Positions 55,503 to 64,000 of a DNA stretch of 64,000 bases are shown here, one piece after another. The DNA comes from an uncultured virus (IMG/VR IMGVR_UViG_3300011339_000567). Its lineage: Duplodnaviria; Heunggongvirae; Uroviricota; Caudoviricetes. The position numbers were made by a program, and so were the translations under genes. Where the stretch lies: the IMG/VR virus record IMGVR_UViG_3300011339_000567, one strand, 5' to 3'. The notes below the pieces were generated by a model. That model ran no database searches. It worked only from the letters and a program-made list of their open reading frames with translations, and was not told the origin of the DNA. The stretch's first letter is position 1. Every line of letters begins with the position of its first letter.

Positions 55503-55795
55503 TGGCCCAAACCCCCGAAGGCAAAGTCAAAGCAGCAGTGCGTAAGCTGCTGGTTGAGTTCGGTGTCTACTACTTCTCACCTGCGGCCAATGGCTTCGGG
55601 CGTGCTGGGATACCGGACATCATCTGCTGCTTCGGGGGGCGCTTCATTGCCATCGAGTGCAAGGCAGGTAAGGGAGTCACCACTGCCCTGCAAGACAGGG
55701 AGCTAGCCGCCATCCGTACAGCAGGGGGCATGACGATGGTGGTCAACGAAACAAACATACAGGAACTAAGGGAGAAGCTGCAATGGATGAGATGA
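55502..55795 (+). CDS. VRR-NUC nuclease (Holliday junction resolvase-like)
   Basis: TPEGKVK...GIPDII...FIAIECKAG...TALQ. Confidence 0.85.
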   Translation: MAQTPEGKVKAAVRKLLVEFGVYYFSPAANGFGRAGIPDIICCFGGRFIAIECKAGKGVTTALQDRELAAIRTAGGMTMVVNETNIQELREKLQWMR

Positions 55796-56061
55796 CACGA
55801 GAAGAAATTGACAAAGCAATCGGGGAGTTGGACGAGGCCGAGCGGGACTACCTCAAGCTCCTCATCAGCCGCATAGTGCGCTGCTTTGTAGACGACGACC
55901 ACGAGGCGGTGCTGCTGTTCGGCAGGTACAACACCAATCAGATCGCAATGTGTACCGTTAACTGTGACGAGATACCCGCTGCCAACATGATTAACTACGC
56001 ACACAACCTGACGTCGTTCATGGCCACAGTAGGCGCACCACCCAAGGAGAAATTTAATTGA
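55783..56061 (+). CDS. Hypothetical protein
   Basis: 92 aa upstream of the DNA polymerase. Confidence 0.65.
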   Translation: MDEMTREEIDKAIGELDEAERDYLKLLISRIVRCFVDDDHEAVLLFGRYNTNQIAMCTVNCDEIPAANMINYAHNLTSFMATVGAPPKEKFN

Positions 56062-58028
56062 GCGCCCCCTACGACCAGATAGTAAGCATTGACTTTGAGA
56101 CAGTGTGGGACCGCAAGACCGGCTACTCACTGTCCATGATGACAACCGAGGAGTACATACGCCATGAGAGATTCCACGCGTTCGGAGCTTGCGTCCATGT
56201 ATACGGAAGCGACGAGCCAATTGAGTGGGTACGAGGACGAGACCTATCTGAGTACCTTCAGCAGTACGACTGGGGACGAACCGCCATCCTTGCTCATAAC
56301 GCACAGTTCGACGTATCCATCCTTGGATGGGAATACGACATCCACCCCTGTTTCATCTTCGATACCCTGTCAATGGCGCGAGCTTTGCGTGGCGTTGAGG
56401 TTGGCAACAGTCTCGCCCGACTTGCAGCAGCTTTTGGTCTTCCCGCCAAAGGGACAGCCGTATACAGTACCGATGGTCTGGCCGAGCTGGACGCGAACAT
56501 GGAACATGAACTTGCAGAGTATTGCAAACACGACGTATATCTATGCGAACAAATCTTCCAACGGCTATCACGAGGCTACCCAGCGAAGGAACTTAGGCTT
56601 ATAGACATGACGCTCAAGATGTACACGAACCCGGTGCTACAACTTGACAGTGCTATGTTGGTCGATGCACTACATGAAGAAAAGGAAAAACGTGAAGCAC
56701 TACTACATCGGCTCGGCGTGGACGAGGCTGTACTGGCATCGAACCCTAAATTTGCAGAAGCACTGGAAGCGCTCGGCATACCGCCGCCGCGCAAAATCAG
56801 TAAGACAACCGGCAAGAGCACGCTTGCTCTCGCTAAGAATGACGCTATGTTCCAAGCCCTCCTCAACGGAGCCAATGAAGACGTGGCGCATCTATGCGAA
56901 GCGAGACTGGCGGTCAAATCAACTACTGAACGTACGCGTGCTCAAAGATTTCTTGACATCAGCAAGCGCGGAGCGCTGCCGGTCCCGCTCAGCTATTACG
57001 GGGCCAGCACGGGTAGGTGGACGGCCAGCAAAGGCAGCGCCATCAATATGCAGAACCTCAAACGAGGCTCGTTCCTACGCAAAGCAATTATGGCTCCCGA
57101 GGGGCACCAGCTGGTCGTTGGGGACTTATCTCAGATTGAACCGCGAGTTCTTGCATGGCTTTCGGATTACGAAGGTATGCTCAACATCTTCAAGGGAGGT
57201 GGTGACCCTTACGCGGCCTTCGGGGCGCAGATGTTCAATATCCCGGGCCTTACGAAAGAGTCTCATCCCGACCTTCGCCAGTCTGCGAAGTCAGCTTTAC
57301 TTGGATGCGGGTACGGTCTCGGTTGGGCTTCGTTTGCCGCTCAGCTACTCGTCGGTTTCCTCGGTGCTCCACCCGTGCGCTACACCAAGGAGTTTGCCAA
57401 GACGCTGGGAGTGACTGCCAATACCGCTGAGAAGTTCTTAGACTGGGATGACAACGTAAAGAAGCTCGAAGAGATTCCGCACATCTGCACCATGACGGAG
57501 CTGGTCATCCACTGTCTCGCAGCCAAGGCCATCATCGACAAGTACCGCCTGACTGCCGAGCCTGTGGTGGCGCTGTGGAACATGTTCGGGCACCTGATCC
57601 AGTACAGCCTGTACGAAGGCAAGGAGTACACCCACAAGTGCGTGACCTTCAAGAAGGGCGAGATCGTGCTGCCTTCTGGCATGAGCCTGCTATATCCTGA
57701 CCTGAAACCGGGGAAAGATGAAAAAGGCAGGTTGCAGTGGACATACGGCGCAGATGAGACTAAACTGTATGCAGGAAAAATAACCAACAATGTCACGCAG
57801 GGCGTAGCGAGATGCGTGATGACTGATGGGATGCTGAGAACCGCGAAGAGGTACTTCGTGGCTGGAACCGTGCATGACGAGCAGATTGCTGTTGTGCCTG
57901 ATGAGGACGTTGCTGACGCTAAGACATGGGTTTTGGCGCAGATGACTATGGAGCCGAAGTACATGCCGGGCATACCACTGGCCGCTGACGGAGGCGCACA
58001 CAAGCGTTATGGCTTGGCTAAAAATTAA
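56058..58028 (+). CDS. DNA polymerase, family A, with 3'-5' exonuclease
   Basis: IDFET, AHNAQFD, YCKHDV; TGRW..NMQNL, DLSQIEPR, R..AK...LG.GYG, TVHDE; TTG start after AAGGAG. Confidence 0.93.
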   Translation: MSAPYDQIVSIDFETVWDRKTGYSLSMMTTEEYIRHERFHAFGACVHVYGSDEPIEWVRGRDLSEYLQQYDWGRTAILAHNAQFDVSILGWEYDIHPCFIFDTLSMARALRGVEVGNSLARLAAAFGLPAKGTAVYSTDGLAELDANMEHELAEYCKHDVYLCEQIFQRLSRGYPAKELRLIDMTLKMYTNPVLQLDSAMLVDALHEEKEKREALLHRLGVDEAVLASNPKFAEALEALGIPPPRKISKTTGKSTLALAKNDAMFQALLNGANEDVAHLCEARLAVKSTTERTRAQRFLDISKRGALPVPLSYYGASTGRWTASKGSAINMQNLKRGSFLRKAIMAPEGHQLVVGDLSQIEPRVLAWLSDYEGMLNIFKGGGDPYAAFGAQMFNIPGLTKESHPDLRQSAKSALLGCGYGLGWASFAAQLLVGFLGAPPVRYTKEFAKTLGVTANTAEKFLDWDDNVKKLEEIPHICTMTELVIHCLAAKAIIDKYRLTAEPVVALWNMFGHLIQYSLYEGKEYTHKCVTFKKGEIVLPSGMSLLYPDLKPGKDEKGRLQWTYGADETKLYAGKITNNVTQGVARCVMTDGMLRTAKRYFVAGTVHDEQIAVVPDEDVADAKTWVLAQMTMEPKYMPGIPLAADGGAHKRYGLAKN

Positions 58029-58039
58029 AGGAGAAGTAA

Positions 58040-58357
58040 ATGGCAACAGTTAGAGCACCGATACCGCGCAAGGTGCGCGTGGGTAACAAGCAGTATTCAA
58101 TCGAGATCGTGGAGGCCATGCTGGAGAAGCGAGTCATGGGACGCATCAGTTACACGGCGCAGACAATCAAGCTGGGCAGGCGCAGCAATGTGACGCAGAA
58201 AGTCTTTCCGCCCGAGCAAGTACAGGAGTCGTTCTGGCATGAAGTCACTCACGCCATCCTGCACGACATGGGGCGTGACACGCTGAACCGAGACGAGAAG
58301 TTTGTTACCGAGTTTGCACACCGGCTTACCAAGGCCATCAACTCAGCGAGATTTTGA
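58040..58357 (+). CDS. Small HExxH metallopeptidase-like protein
   Basis: FWHEVTHAIL...DEKFV. Confidence 0.7.
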   Translation: MATVRAPIPRKVRVGNKQYSIEIVEAMLEKRVMGRISYTAQTIKLGRRSNVTQKVFPPEQVQESFWHEVTHAILHDMGRDTLNRDEKFVTEFAHRLTKAINSARF

Positions 58358-59026
58358 ATGACCAAGCCAGTAACGTGGAGCCACAGCTCCCTCAAGGACT
58401 ACGAAGGCTGCGCCCGCCGCTACCACGAAGTCAAGATTCTCAAGAAGTACCCGTTCGTTGAGACTGAGGCAACGCGCTACGGAACGATACTGCACAAGGC
58501 CGCAGAAGAGTACGTGGCTGACGGCACGCCCATCCCCCCTGAGTTCGAGTACGTCAAGGACACGCTCGATGCGCTGCTCGCCAAGCCCGGGCGCAAGATA
58601 GCCGAGCTTCAGATGGCGCTGACTCAGGACTTACGAGTGTGCGATTGGAAGTCCAAAGACGCATGGGCGCGGGGTATTGCCGACTTGCTCATCATCGACG
58701 ACGAGAACATGACAGCGTGGGTCGTGGACTACAAGACGGGCAACGACAAGTACCCAGACCGCGACCAGCTACGCCTCATGTCATTGATGGTGTTCAAGCA
58801 CTTCCCGCACATACGCAAGGTTAACTCTGCGCTTTTGTTCGTGGTCAAGAACTCGATGGTCAAGCACAGCATGACGGTTGACGAAGCCGATGCTGAGTGG
58901 TGGCGCTATCGGGAGCGAGTCGCTAAGATTGAGGCGTCAGTAGCAAACAATGTGTGGAACCCCACACGAACCCCGCTCTGCGGCTGGTGCCCCTGCGCTG
59001 GCTGCGAGTTCAACACTAAGAGGTGA
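58358..59026 (+). CDS. PD-(D/E)xK exonuclease (RecB/Cas4-like)
   Basis: WSHSSL..C..., GIADL, VDYKTG, QL..., LCGWCP...C. Confidence 0.88.
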   Translation: MTKPVTWSHSSLKDYEGCARRYHEVKILKKYPFVETEATRYGTILHKAAEEYVADGTPIPPEFEYVKDTLDALLAKPGRKIAELQMALTQDLRVCDWKSKDAWARGIADLLIIDDENMTAWVVDYKTGNDKYPDRDQLRLMSLMVFKHFPHIRKVNSALLFVVKNSMVKHSMTVDEADAEWWRYRERVAKIEASVANNVWNPTRTPLCGWCPCAGCEFNTKR

Positions 59027-59029
59027 AGC

Positions 59030-59341
59030 GTGAAAGATGCAGACTACGCCGCACTAAGAAGGACACTGGAAAAATACTCTGCGACACAGGGAGAGATTGA
59101 GTGTGAACATTGCGGCACGCAGGCTAAGAAGCTGTATTTAGTTAGCCCTCACAGGGACGAGGCGTTTGAACTTATTGTGGATGAGGGGTACGACATGGGC
59201 TTTGATCCTCAACAGGAAAAAGCCATTTTTTATGAAGTCACCCAAGCCGCAATTATTAAAAAAATGTTTGAGTTAGGAGACACCGCAACGCTTTGTAAAG
59301 GGTGCGGTTCAAGACTGTTGAAAATTTTTAGAAACCTTTAA
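59030..59341 (+). CDS. Zn-binding hypothetical protein (lower GC)
   Basis: CEHC...LCKGC; GAGGTG RBS; AT-richer than flanks. Confidence 0.55.
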   Translation: MKDADYAALRRTLEKYSATQGEIECEHCGTQAKKLYLVSPHRDEAFELIVDEGYDMGFDPQQEKAIFYEVTQAAIIKKMFELGDTATLCKGCGSRLLKIFRNL

Positions 59342-59354
59342 CCGGAGCATTAGC

Positions 59355-59588
59355 ATGGCAACCAGAGACTACAAGAAAGAGTACAAGCGCGATTTAGAAA
59401 CCGGCAAGTCCGGCCCTAGTTCAGACCAACACGAACGCCAGAAGGCACGGCGGGCGTACGACAAGAAGGGCGTAGACCGCGCAGGCAAGGACATCGACCA
59501 CATCAAGCCCCTGCGCAAAGGTGGCAAGACCGTACCGGGCAACACGCGACTACGCAGCAAGAGCGCCAATCAAGGCGACAACAAATAA
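59355..59588 (+). CDS. Small HNH-family protein
   Basis: RDYKKEY...GKDIDHIKPL.KGG...N.R...AN. Confidence 0.8.
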   Translation: MATRDYKKEYKRDLETGKSGPSSDQHERQKARRAYDKKGVDRAGKDIDHIKPLRKGGKTVPGNTRLRSKSANQGDNK

Positions 59589-59603
59589 GAACATGGAGAA
59601 GCA

Positions 59604-61166
59604 ATGGAAATCATCGAGAACAAGGCGCTGCTCTTGCGTACGCGCAGCCCTGAGAAGTATCAGGTAATTCCGAGAAGTAAGATAGTTGAAGAGCACGATG
59701 ACGGATCAAGTTCTGTAGCAGTGTTCTGGGGGTTGGATGAAGTCAGAGTTCTCAAGAACCTCGGCGTCAAGAACTTGCCATCGCCGATCACACGCAACTA
59801 CGACTGGCCCGGACGCTACACGCCGATGGAGCACCAGATCGAGACGGCATCGTTCCTGACGCTTAACCGCAAGGCGTTTGTGTTCAGTGAACCCGGCACA
59901 GGCAAGACGCTCAGTGCGCTGTGGGCTGCTGACTATCTGATGCAGCGTGGGGAGATCAGGCGCGTGCTTATCCTGTGCCCGTTGTCGATCATGCAGTCCG
60001 CTTGGATGGGGGACATCAGCAACAGCGTCATCCACCGCTCGGCCATCATTGCCCACCACCCGCAAGCATCGCGCCGCATCGAGATGATCCAGAAGAACTA
60101 CGATATCGTCATCACCAACTACGAGGGCTTGAATCTGATCGCCAGTGAGATCGTGGCCAACGGCAAGTTTGATCTGGTCATCGTTGATGAGGCCAATGCG
60201 TACAAGACCATGAGCACCAAGCGCTGGAAGTCCCTATCAACAATCATCAAGCCCCAAACTTTTTTGTGGATGATGACAGGCACGCCAGCGTCTCAGTCTC
60301 CGGTCGATGCGTATGGCTTGGCCAAGCTGGTGAACCCGGACGGCGTGCCAAAGTTTTTTACCGCATGGCGCGACAAAGTGATGAACAAGATCACCATGTT
60401 CAAGTGGGCACCGAAGCCTGACGCAAAGAACCTCGTGCATGAAGCGCTGCAACCGGCCATCAGGTTCACCAAGGCGCAGTGTCTGGACTTGCCGCCGGTC
60501 GTTACAGTAACGCGTGAAGTGGCGCTCACACCGCAGCAGGCCAAGTACTACAACTTGCTCAAGGACAGCATGATGATCCATGCGGCGGGGGAGACAATCA
60601 GCGCGGTCAATGCCGCAGCTAGCGTGTCCAAGCTGCTCCAGATCAGTTGTGGTGCGGCCTACACGGACGACCATGAGGTAGTAGAGTTTGATGCCAGCCC
60701 AAGGCTTAGCGTCATTGAAGAAATCCTTGAGGAGACTGACCGCAAGGTTCTGATCTTCGCGCTGTTCCGCTCCAGCATTGACGCGCTGCACACGCACCTG
60801 CTCAAGAAGGGCATCAGCGCGGAGTGCATACACGGCGGCGTTACAGCGCCCAAGCGTGCTGACATCATCAAGCGCTTTCAAACCGAAGCCAACCCACGAG
60901 TCCTTGTGATGCAACCGCAAGCATCGGCACACGGGATTACCCTAACTGCTGCGGACACTGTGGTGTTCTACGGGCCGTTGATGTCTGTTGAGCAGTACGT
61001 GCAGTGCATTGCACGCGCTGACAGGAAGGGTCAGAACTCTGACAAGGTAACGGTCATTCACATCGAGGGTAGCCCCATCGAGAAGAAAATGTTCAAAGCC
61101 CTGCAAAGTAATGTAAGCAGTCACTCACTTTTGACTGAAATGTTCAACATGGAAATTAAAAAATAA
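59604..61166 (+). CDS. SNF2-like SF2 helicase
   Basis: EPGTGKT, IVDEA, MTGTP, KLLQIS, HGITLT, Q..AR.DRKGQ. Confidence 0.9.
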   Translation: MEIIENKALLLRTRSPEKYQVIPRSKIVEEHDDGSSSVAVFWGLDEVRVLKNLGVKNLPSPITRNYDWPGRYTPMEHQIETASFLTLNRKAFVFSEPGTGKTLSALWAADYLMQRGEIRRVLILCPLSIMQSAWMGDISNSVIHRSAIIAHHPQASRRIEMIQKNYDIVITNYEGLNLIASEIVANGKFDLVIVDEANAYKTMSTKRWKSLSTIIKPQTFLWMMTGTPASQSPVDAYGLAKLVNPDGVPKFFTAWRDKVMNKITMFKWAPKPDAKNLVHEALQPAIRFTKAQCLDLPPVVTVTREVALTPQQAKYYNLLKDSMMIHAAGETISAVNAAASVSKLLQISCGAAYTDDHEVVEFDASPRLSVIEEILEETDRKVLIFALFRSSIDALHTHLLKKGISAECIHGGVTAPKRADIIKRFQTEANPRVLVMQPQASAHGITLTAADTVVFYGPLMSVEQYVQCIARADRKGQNSDKVTVIHIEGSPIEKKMFKALQSNVSSHSLLTEMFNMEIKK

Positions 61167-61171
61167 AGGAG

Positions 61172-61214
61172 TTGCAAAGACCAGAAACCTGTGTACACTG
61201 TCCAACCTTAGACA
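61172..61214 (+). promoter_or_regulatory. Sigma70-like promoter overlapped by type B operator copy 3
   Basis: TTGCAA-16 nt-TACACT; TGTCCA-ACCT-TAGACA at 61199-61214. Confidence 0.6.
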
Positions 61215-61234
61215 AACAAAAACAGGAGAAGCCC

Positions 61235-61639
61235 ATGACTACAACAGTCATACCACTCGACAAGTTAGCGAAGGTCTACCGAAAGATTCGCAGCGAAATC
61301 GAAACCCTGACCAGAGAGTACGACACGAAAGTGGAGTTGCTCAAGGCCACGCAAGACGACATCAAGCATGCAATGAAAGACCAGATGCAAGCGCTTGGTG
61401 TCACATCCGTCAACACGCCGCAAGGCACTGTTGTCATGTCGATCAAGACACGCTACTCAACATCGGACTGGGATTCGTTCAAGACCTTTGTGACGCAGCA
61501 TGACGCGCTCGACCTGTTCGAGAAACGAATTGCTCAGACCAACATGAAACAGTTCCTCGAAGAAAACCCCGGCGTTCTGCCACCCGGACTCAACTCCAAC
61601 GCAGAATACGACATCAGTGTAAGAAAGCCGTCCAAATGA
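61235..61639 (+). CDS. Conserved replication-module protein (Gam/gp157-like coiled coil)
   Basis: KLAKVYRKIR...SVNTPQGTV...DWDSF...LFEKRIAQ; AGGAG RBS. Confidence 0.7.
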   Translation: MTTTVIPLDKLAKVYRKIRSEIETLTREYDTKVELLKATQDDIKHAMKDQMQALGVTSVNTPQGTVVMSIKTRYSTSDWDSFKTFVTQHDALDLFEKRIAQTNMKQFLEENPGVLPPGLNSNAEYDISVRKPSK

Positions 61640-62202
61640 CCTACGCACCTGCGCAAACAAAAACTGTTCCGCTTGACTGGATTGACTCACGTTGTGTGGT
61701 CACTGATCTGGGCACTGTCTACAGCTACGCCAACAGTCACGGGGGTTGGAAACAACACGGCCCTCGGCTACTCAAGACACAAGTTACAAACAGCGGTTAT
61801 GCACAGGTGCGTCTTCCCGTCAATGGAAAATACAAGTGGGTGTTAGTGTCGCGGTTAGTCTTGCGTGCTTTTACGGGCATACAGGGAGAGCAGTGCAACC
61901 ATAAAAACGGCATCCGTCTTGACAACAGATTAGAAAACCTTGAGTGGTGCTCTATGTCTGAGAACATGCTGCACTCGTACCGAGTACTTGGCCGAAAGCA
62001 CCCGCGACCCCACCAAGGGAAGCAAGGCGCACTATGCAAATTAAGTAAACGAGTGTCGCAGTACCGACTGGATGGCAGCTACGTAAAGACGTGGAATGCC
62101 ATACAGGAAATCGCCCGCGCTGGGTTTAGCGCAGGTAACGTGAGCGCTGTGTGCCGAGGCGTTCGTAGCAGTCACAAGAACTTCCTCTGGAAGTTTGTTT
62201 AA
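61636..62202 (+). CDS. HNH homing endonuclease (NUMOD4-HNH-NUMOD1-like)
   Basis: GYAQVRL..VSRLVLRAF..NHKNGIRLDNRLENLEW....EN..H; VSQY.LDG...W. Confidence 0.88.
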   Translation: MTYAPAQTKTVPLDWIDSRCVVTDLGTVYSYANSHGGWKQHGPRLLKTQVTNSGYAQVRLPVNGKYKWVLVSRLVLRAFTGIQGEQCNHKNGIRLDNRLENLEWCSMSENMLHSYRVLGRKHPRPHQGKQGALCKLSKRVSQYRLDGSYVKTWNAIQEIARAGFSAGNVSAVCRGVRSSHKNFLWKFV

Positions 62203-62221
62203 CCAAGTAAGAAAGAAGACC

Positions 62222-63199
62222 ATGAGTAACGTAGCCCTTTTTAACCCCGCCCAAGTACCCGCCTTCGCACGCAAGGCCGAGATGTCTGACATTGCCAAAG
62301 CCCTTGCGGGTGGTGGTGCTGCCAGTGGCAAACGCGTGTCGATCAAAGGTGGCGTGTTCCGTCTGATCTCTGACGGCAAAGAAATCGCAGCAGTCGATGA
62401 GCGCTTCCTCGATGTGGTGATCGTTAAGGCCGCACCGAAAGTAGCCCGTGTGTTCTACGCAGCCAAGTACGACAAGGACGCAACCGCAACCGCGCCTGAC
62501 TGCCAGTCCAACGATGGCGACACGCCAGACCCCAAGAGCAAGAACAAGCAGTCCGACACCTGCGCCTCCTGCCCACAGAACGTAGCCGGTTCCGGTACTG
62601 GCAATACCCGCGCTTGCCGTTACCAGCAGCGCTTGGCAGTCGTCTTGGCCAACAACATTGAAGGCGATGTGATGCAGTTGTCCCTGCCAGCCACCTCGAT
62701 CTTCGGTAAGGACGAAGGCGACAACCGCCCACTGCAAGCCTACGCACGCTGGCTCGTGGCCCAAGGCGTTGACCCCAGCACGGTAGTGACCCGCATGAAG
62801 TTCGACACCGCCAGTGAGTCCCCCAAGCTGTTCTTTAAGGCAATGCGCTGGTTGACTGATGACGAGTTCGCTGAAGCCACCAAGCAGGGCGCAACCTCCG
62901 AAGCCAAGAAGGCCATCACGATGGACGCCGCTGGTATGGACATGGGCAAGCCTACTGACGCACTCAAGGGTGCCGCACCCAAGGCCAAGGCCGCACCCGC
63001 GCCAGAAGCCGAGGAAGAAGACGAAGCTCCCGCACCAGCCCCCAAGCCTAAAGCCAAGGCCAAAGGAGCGCCCCCTCCCGAGCAAGAAGCCGAAGATGAC
63101 GAAGAGCCAGTCGTGAAGAAGGCAGCAGCGGCAAAGCCCACGGCTGTGCCCGGCAAGAAAGCGCTGGCCGATGTCGTTGCCGACTGGGATGACGAGTAA
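62222..63199 (+). CDS. Single-stranded DNA-binding/annealing protein
   Basis: RVSIKGGVFR, PDC.S.DG..P, CASCPQN..GSG...RAC, flexible linker, acidic tail DWDDE. Confidence 0.7.
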   Translation: MSNVALFNPAQVPAFARKAEMSDIAKALAGGGAASGKRVSIKGGVFRLISDGKEIAAVDERFLDVVIVKAAPKVARVFYAAKYDKDATATAPDCQSNDGDTPDPKSKNKQSDTCASCPQNVAGSGTGNTRACRYQQRLAVVLANNIEGDVMQLSLPATSIFGKDEGDNRPLQAYARWLVAQGVDPSTVVTRMKFDTASESPKLFFKAMRWLTDDEFAEATKQGATSEAKKAITMDAAGMDMGKPTDALKGAAPKAKAAPAPEAEEEDEAPAPAPKPKAKAKGAPPPEQEAEDDEEPVVKKAAAAKPTAVPGKKALADVVADWDDE

Positions 63200-63207
63200 T
63201 TAGTTTC

Positions 63208-63300
63208 GGGGGGAAAGCGGATGCTGTAGTTGAAGTCGCCTCGACTAGTACGCATGTCGTGCCGCCAAAGCTAGTCCGCTACAGTGCAGCGAGTACCCCC
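63208..63300 (+). ncRNA. Candidate structured RNA with loop-E/bulged-G motif
   Basis: GGGGG/CCCCC, GAA/AGUA internal loop, GCUGUAG/CUACAGU and GACUAG/CUAGUC nested stems. Confidence 0.55.
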
Positions 63301-63315
63301 ACCTTTAAGACCACT

Positions 63316-63594
63316 ATGGCTTACTCACAAAAAACAATCGACATGGTTATGCGTGCGCCGAAGACTCCGGGCAATCAGCTCGGACGTTGGGCTGTTCACC
63401 ACGACTTCTCTGTCGTTCGCATCTCCAAGGCGCTGGGCGTTACACGCCAGACCGCATACAACTGGTTCGCAGGTGGAGACATCTTCCCTGCGTACGAGCA
63501 CCGCGTAGAAACGCTGCTCAAGTTCCTTCAAAATTCACGCTCTGCCGATGAGGCATGGAAAAAAATATGTCATCACTACAACCTTCAAGCCTGA
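63316..63594 (+). CDS. HTH DNA-binding protein
   Basis: VVRISKALGVTRQTAYNWFAG. Confidence 0.75.
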   Translation: MAYSQKTIDMVMRAPKTPGNQLGRWAVHHDFSVVRISKALGVTRQTAYNWFAGGDIFPAYEHRVETLLKFLQNSRSADEAWKKICHHYNLQA

Positions 63595-63749
63595 GCAACC
63601 GCGAGTTGATCTTGCACTGCGACAACATCTGGACAGCAGAGGGCTTCCCGCTCGACATTCAGTTTGAGTTGTATGCCCGTTTTTGCCGCCTCGCCGTTAT
63701 CAACGAATACCCCGTCCGCGACGAAAAGCAACTCGACCTGTTCGCGTAA
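63567..63749 (+). CDS. Hypothetical protein
   Basis: LQPSSLSNRELI...DEKQLDLFA (QLDLF clamp-binding-like tail). Confidence 0.6.
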   Translation: MSSLQPSSLSNRELILHCDNIWTAEGFPLDIQFELYARFCRLAVINEYPVRDEKQLDLFA

Positions 63750-63764
63750 ACCCCAAGGACTTTA

Positions 63765-64000
63765 ATGAACCCGCTTGAATTCCTTGCGGTGGTTTTGCCG
63801 TCCCCAGATAACGGGTTGTACTGCGCGGCGGGACTGAGCACAAAAAAGAAAGAGCATCGGTATGTCGAGAATCTGGAAGACATTTACCCTGCCGTAGACA
63901 ACTGGGTCGAGGCACAGCAGGACGTTTACTTCGCGCTGGCTACGTTCGAGACATCGGGCAAGCGCACTGCGGAGAACTCCCGCTTCATCAGGTCACTGTT
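63765..64000 (+). CDS. Primase N-terminus (3'-truncated at window edge)
   Basis: MNPLEFLAVVLPS..G.YC...DVYFALATF...R...N; AAGGA RBS; frame open to the end. Confidence 0.65.
   Translation, partial: MNPLEFLAVVLPSPDNGLYCAAGLSTKKKEHRYVENLEDIYPAVDNWVEAQQDVYFALATFETSGKRTAENSRFIRSL

Noticed and set aside
58358..59026. Cas4 as evidence of a CRISPR system
   Set aside because: Typical stand-alone phage PD-(D/E)xK exonuclease in a replication module.
1..64000. tRNA genes, integrase or prophage boundaries
   Set aside because: No cloverleaf/T-loop signature in the intergenic gaps examined; no recombinase or host genes recognised.

Overview
The window is almost certainly a near-complete (>=64 kb) tailed dsDNA bacteriophage genome. 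It is podovirus-like: it has large internal/ejection proteins and no tape measure or sheath gene. It has two divergent arms meeting at about 43.4-43.8 kb. The minus arm (2.0-43.4 kb) carries terminases, portal, GroES, scaffold, major capsid, head-tail proteins, several fibre/adhesin genes, a lysis module and ejection proteins, including a 2306-aa polyvalent protein. The plus arm (43.8-64 kb, continuing at 1-2 kb) carries many small early genes, an M28-like peptidase, family A DNA polymerase, exonuclease, SNF2 helicase, an SSB-like protein and a primase/DUF927 helicase apparently split across the window ends. Three free-standing homing endonuclease genes are present. I found no integrase, tRNA, CRISPR array or reverse transcriptase. 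The most unusual signals are non-coding. (1) A promoter/terminator-bounded ~85-nt candidate sRNA whose core is complementary to the ribosome-binding/start regions of many plus-arm genes. (2) An array of small genes joined by a repeated junction that serves as protein C-terminus, RBS and ATGA overlap, with two related mini-genes each bracketed by exact direct repeats. (3) Two families of palindromic operators and a hairpin family with compensatory stem changes. (4) An origin-like region with iterons and a ~270-bp inverted repeat. (5) Two structured-RNA candidates. All protein family calls come from motif recognition, not database searches.
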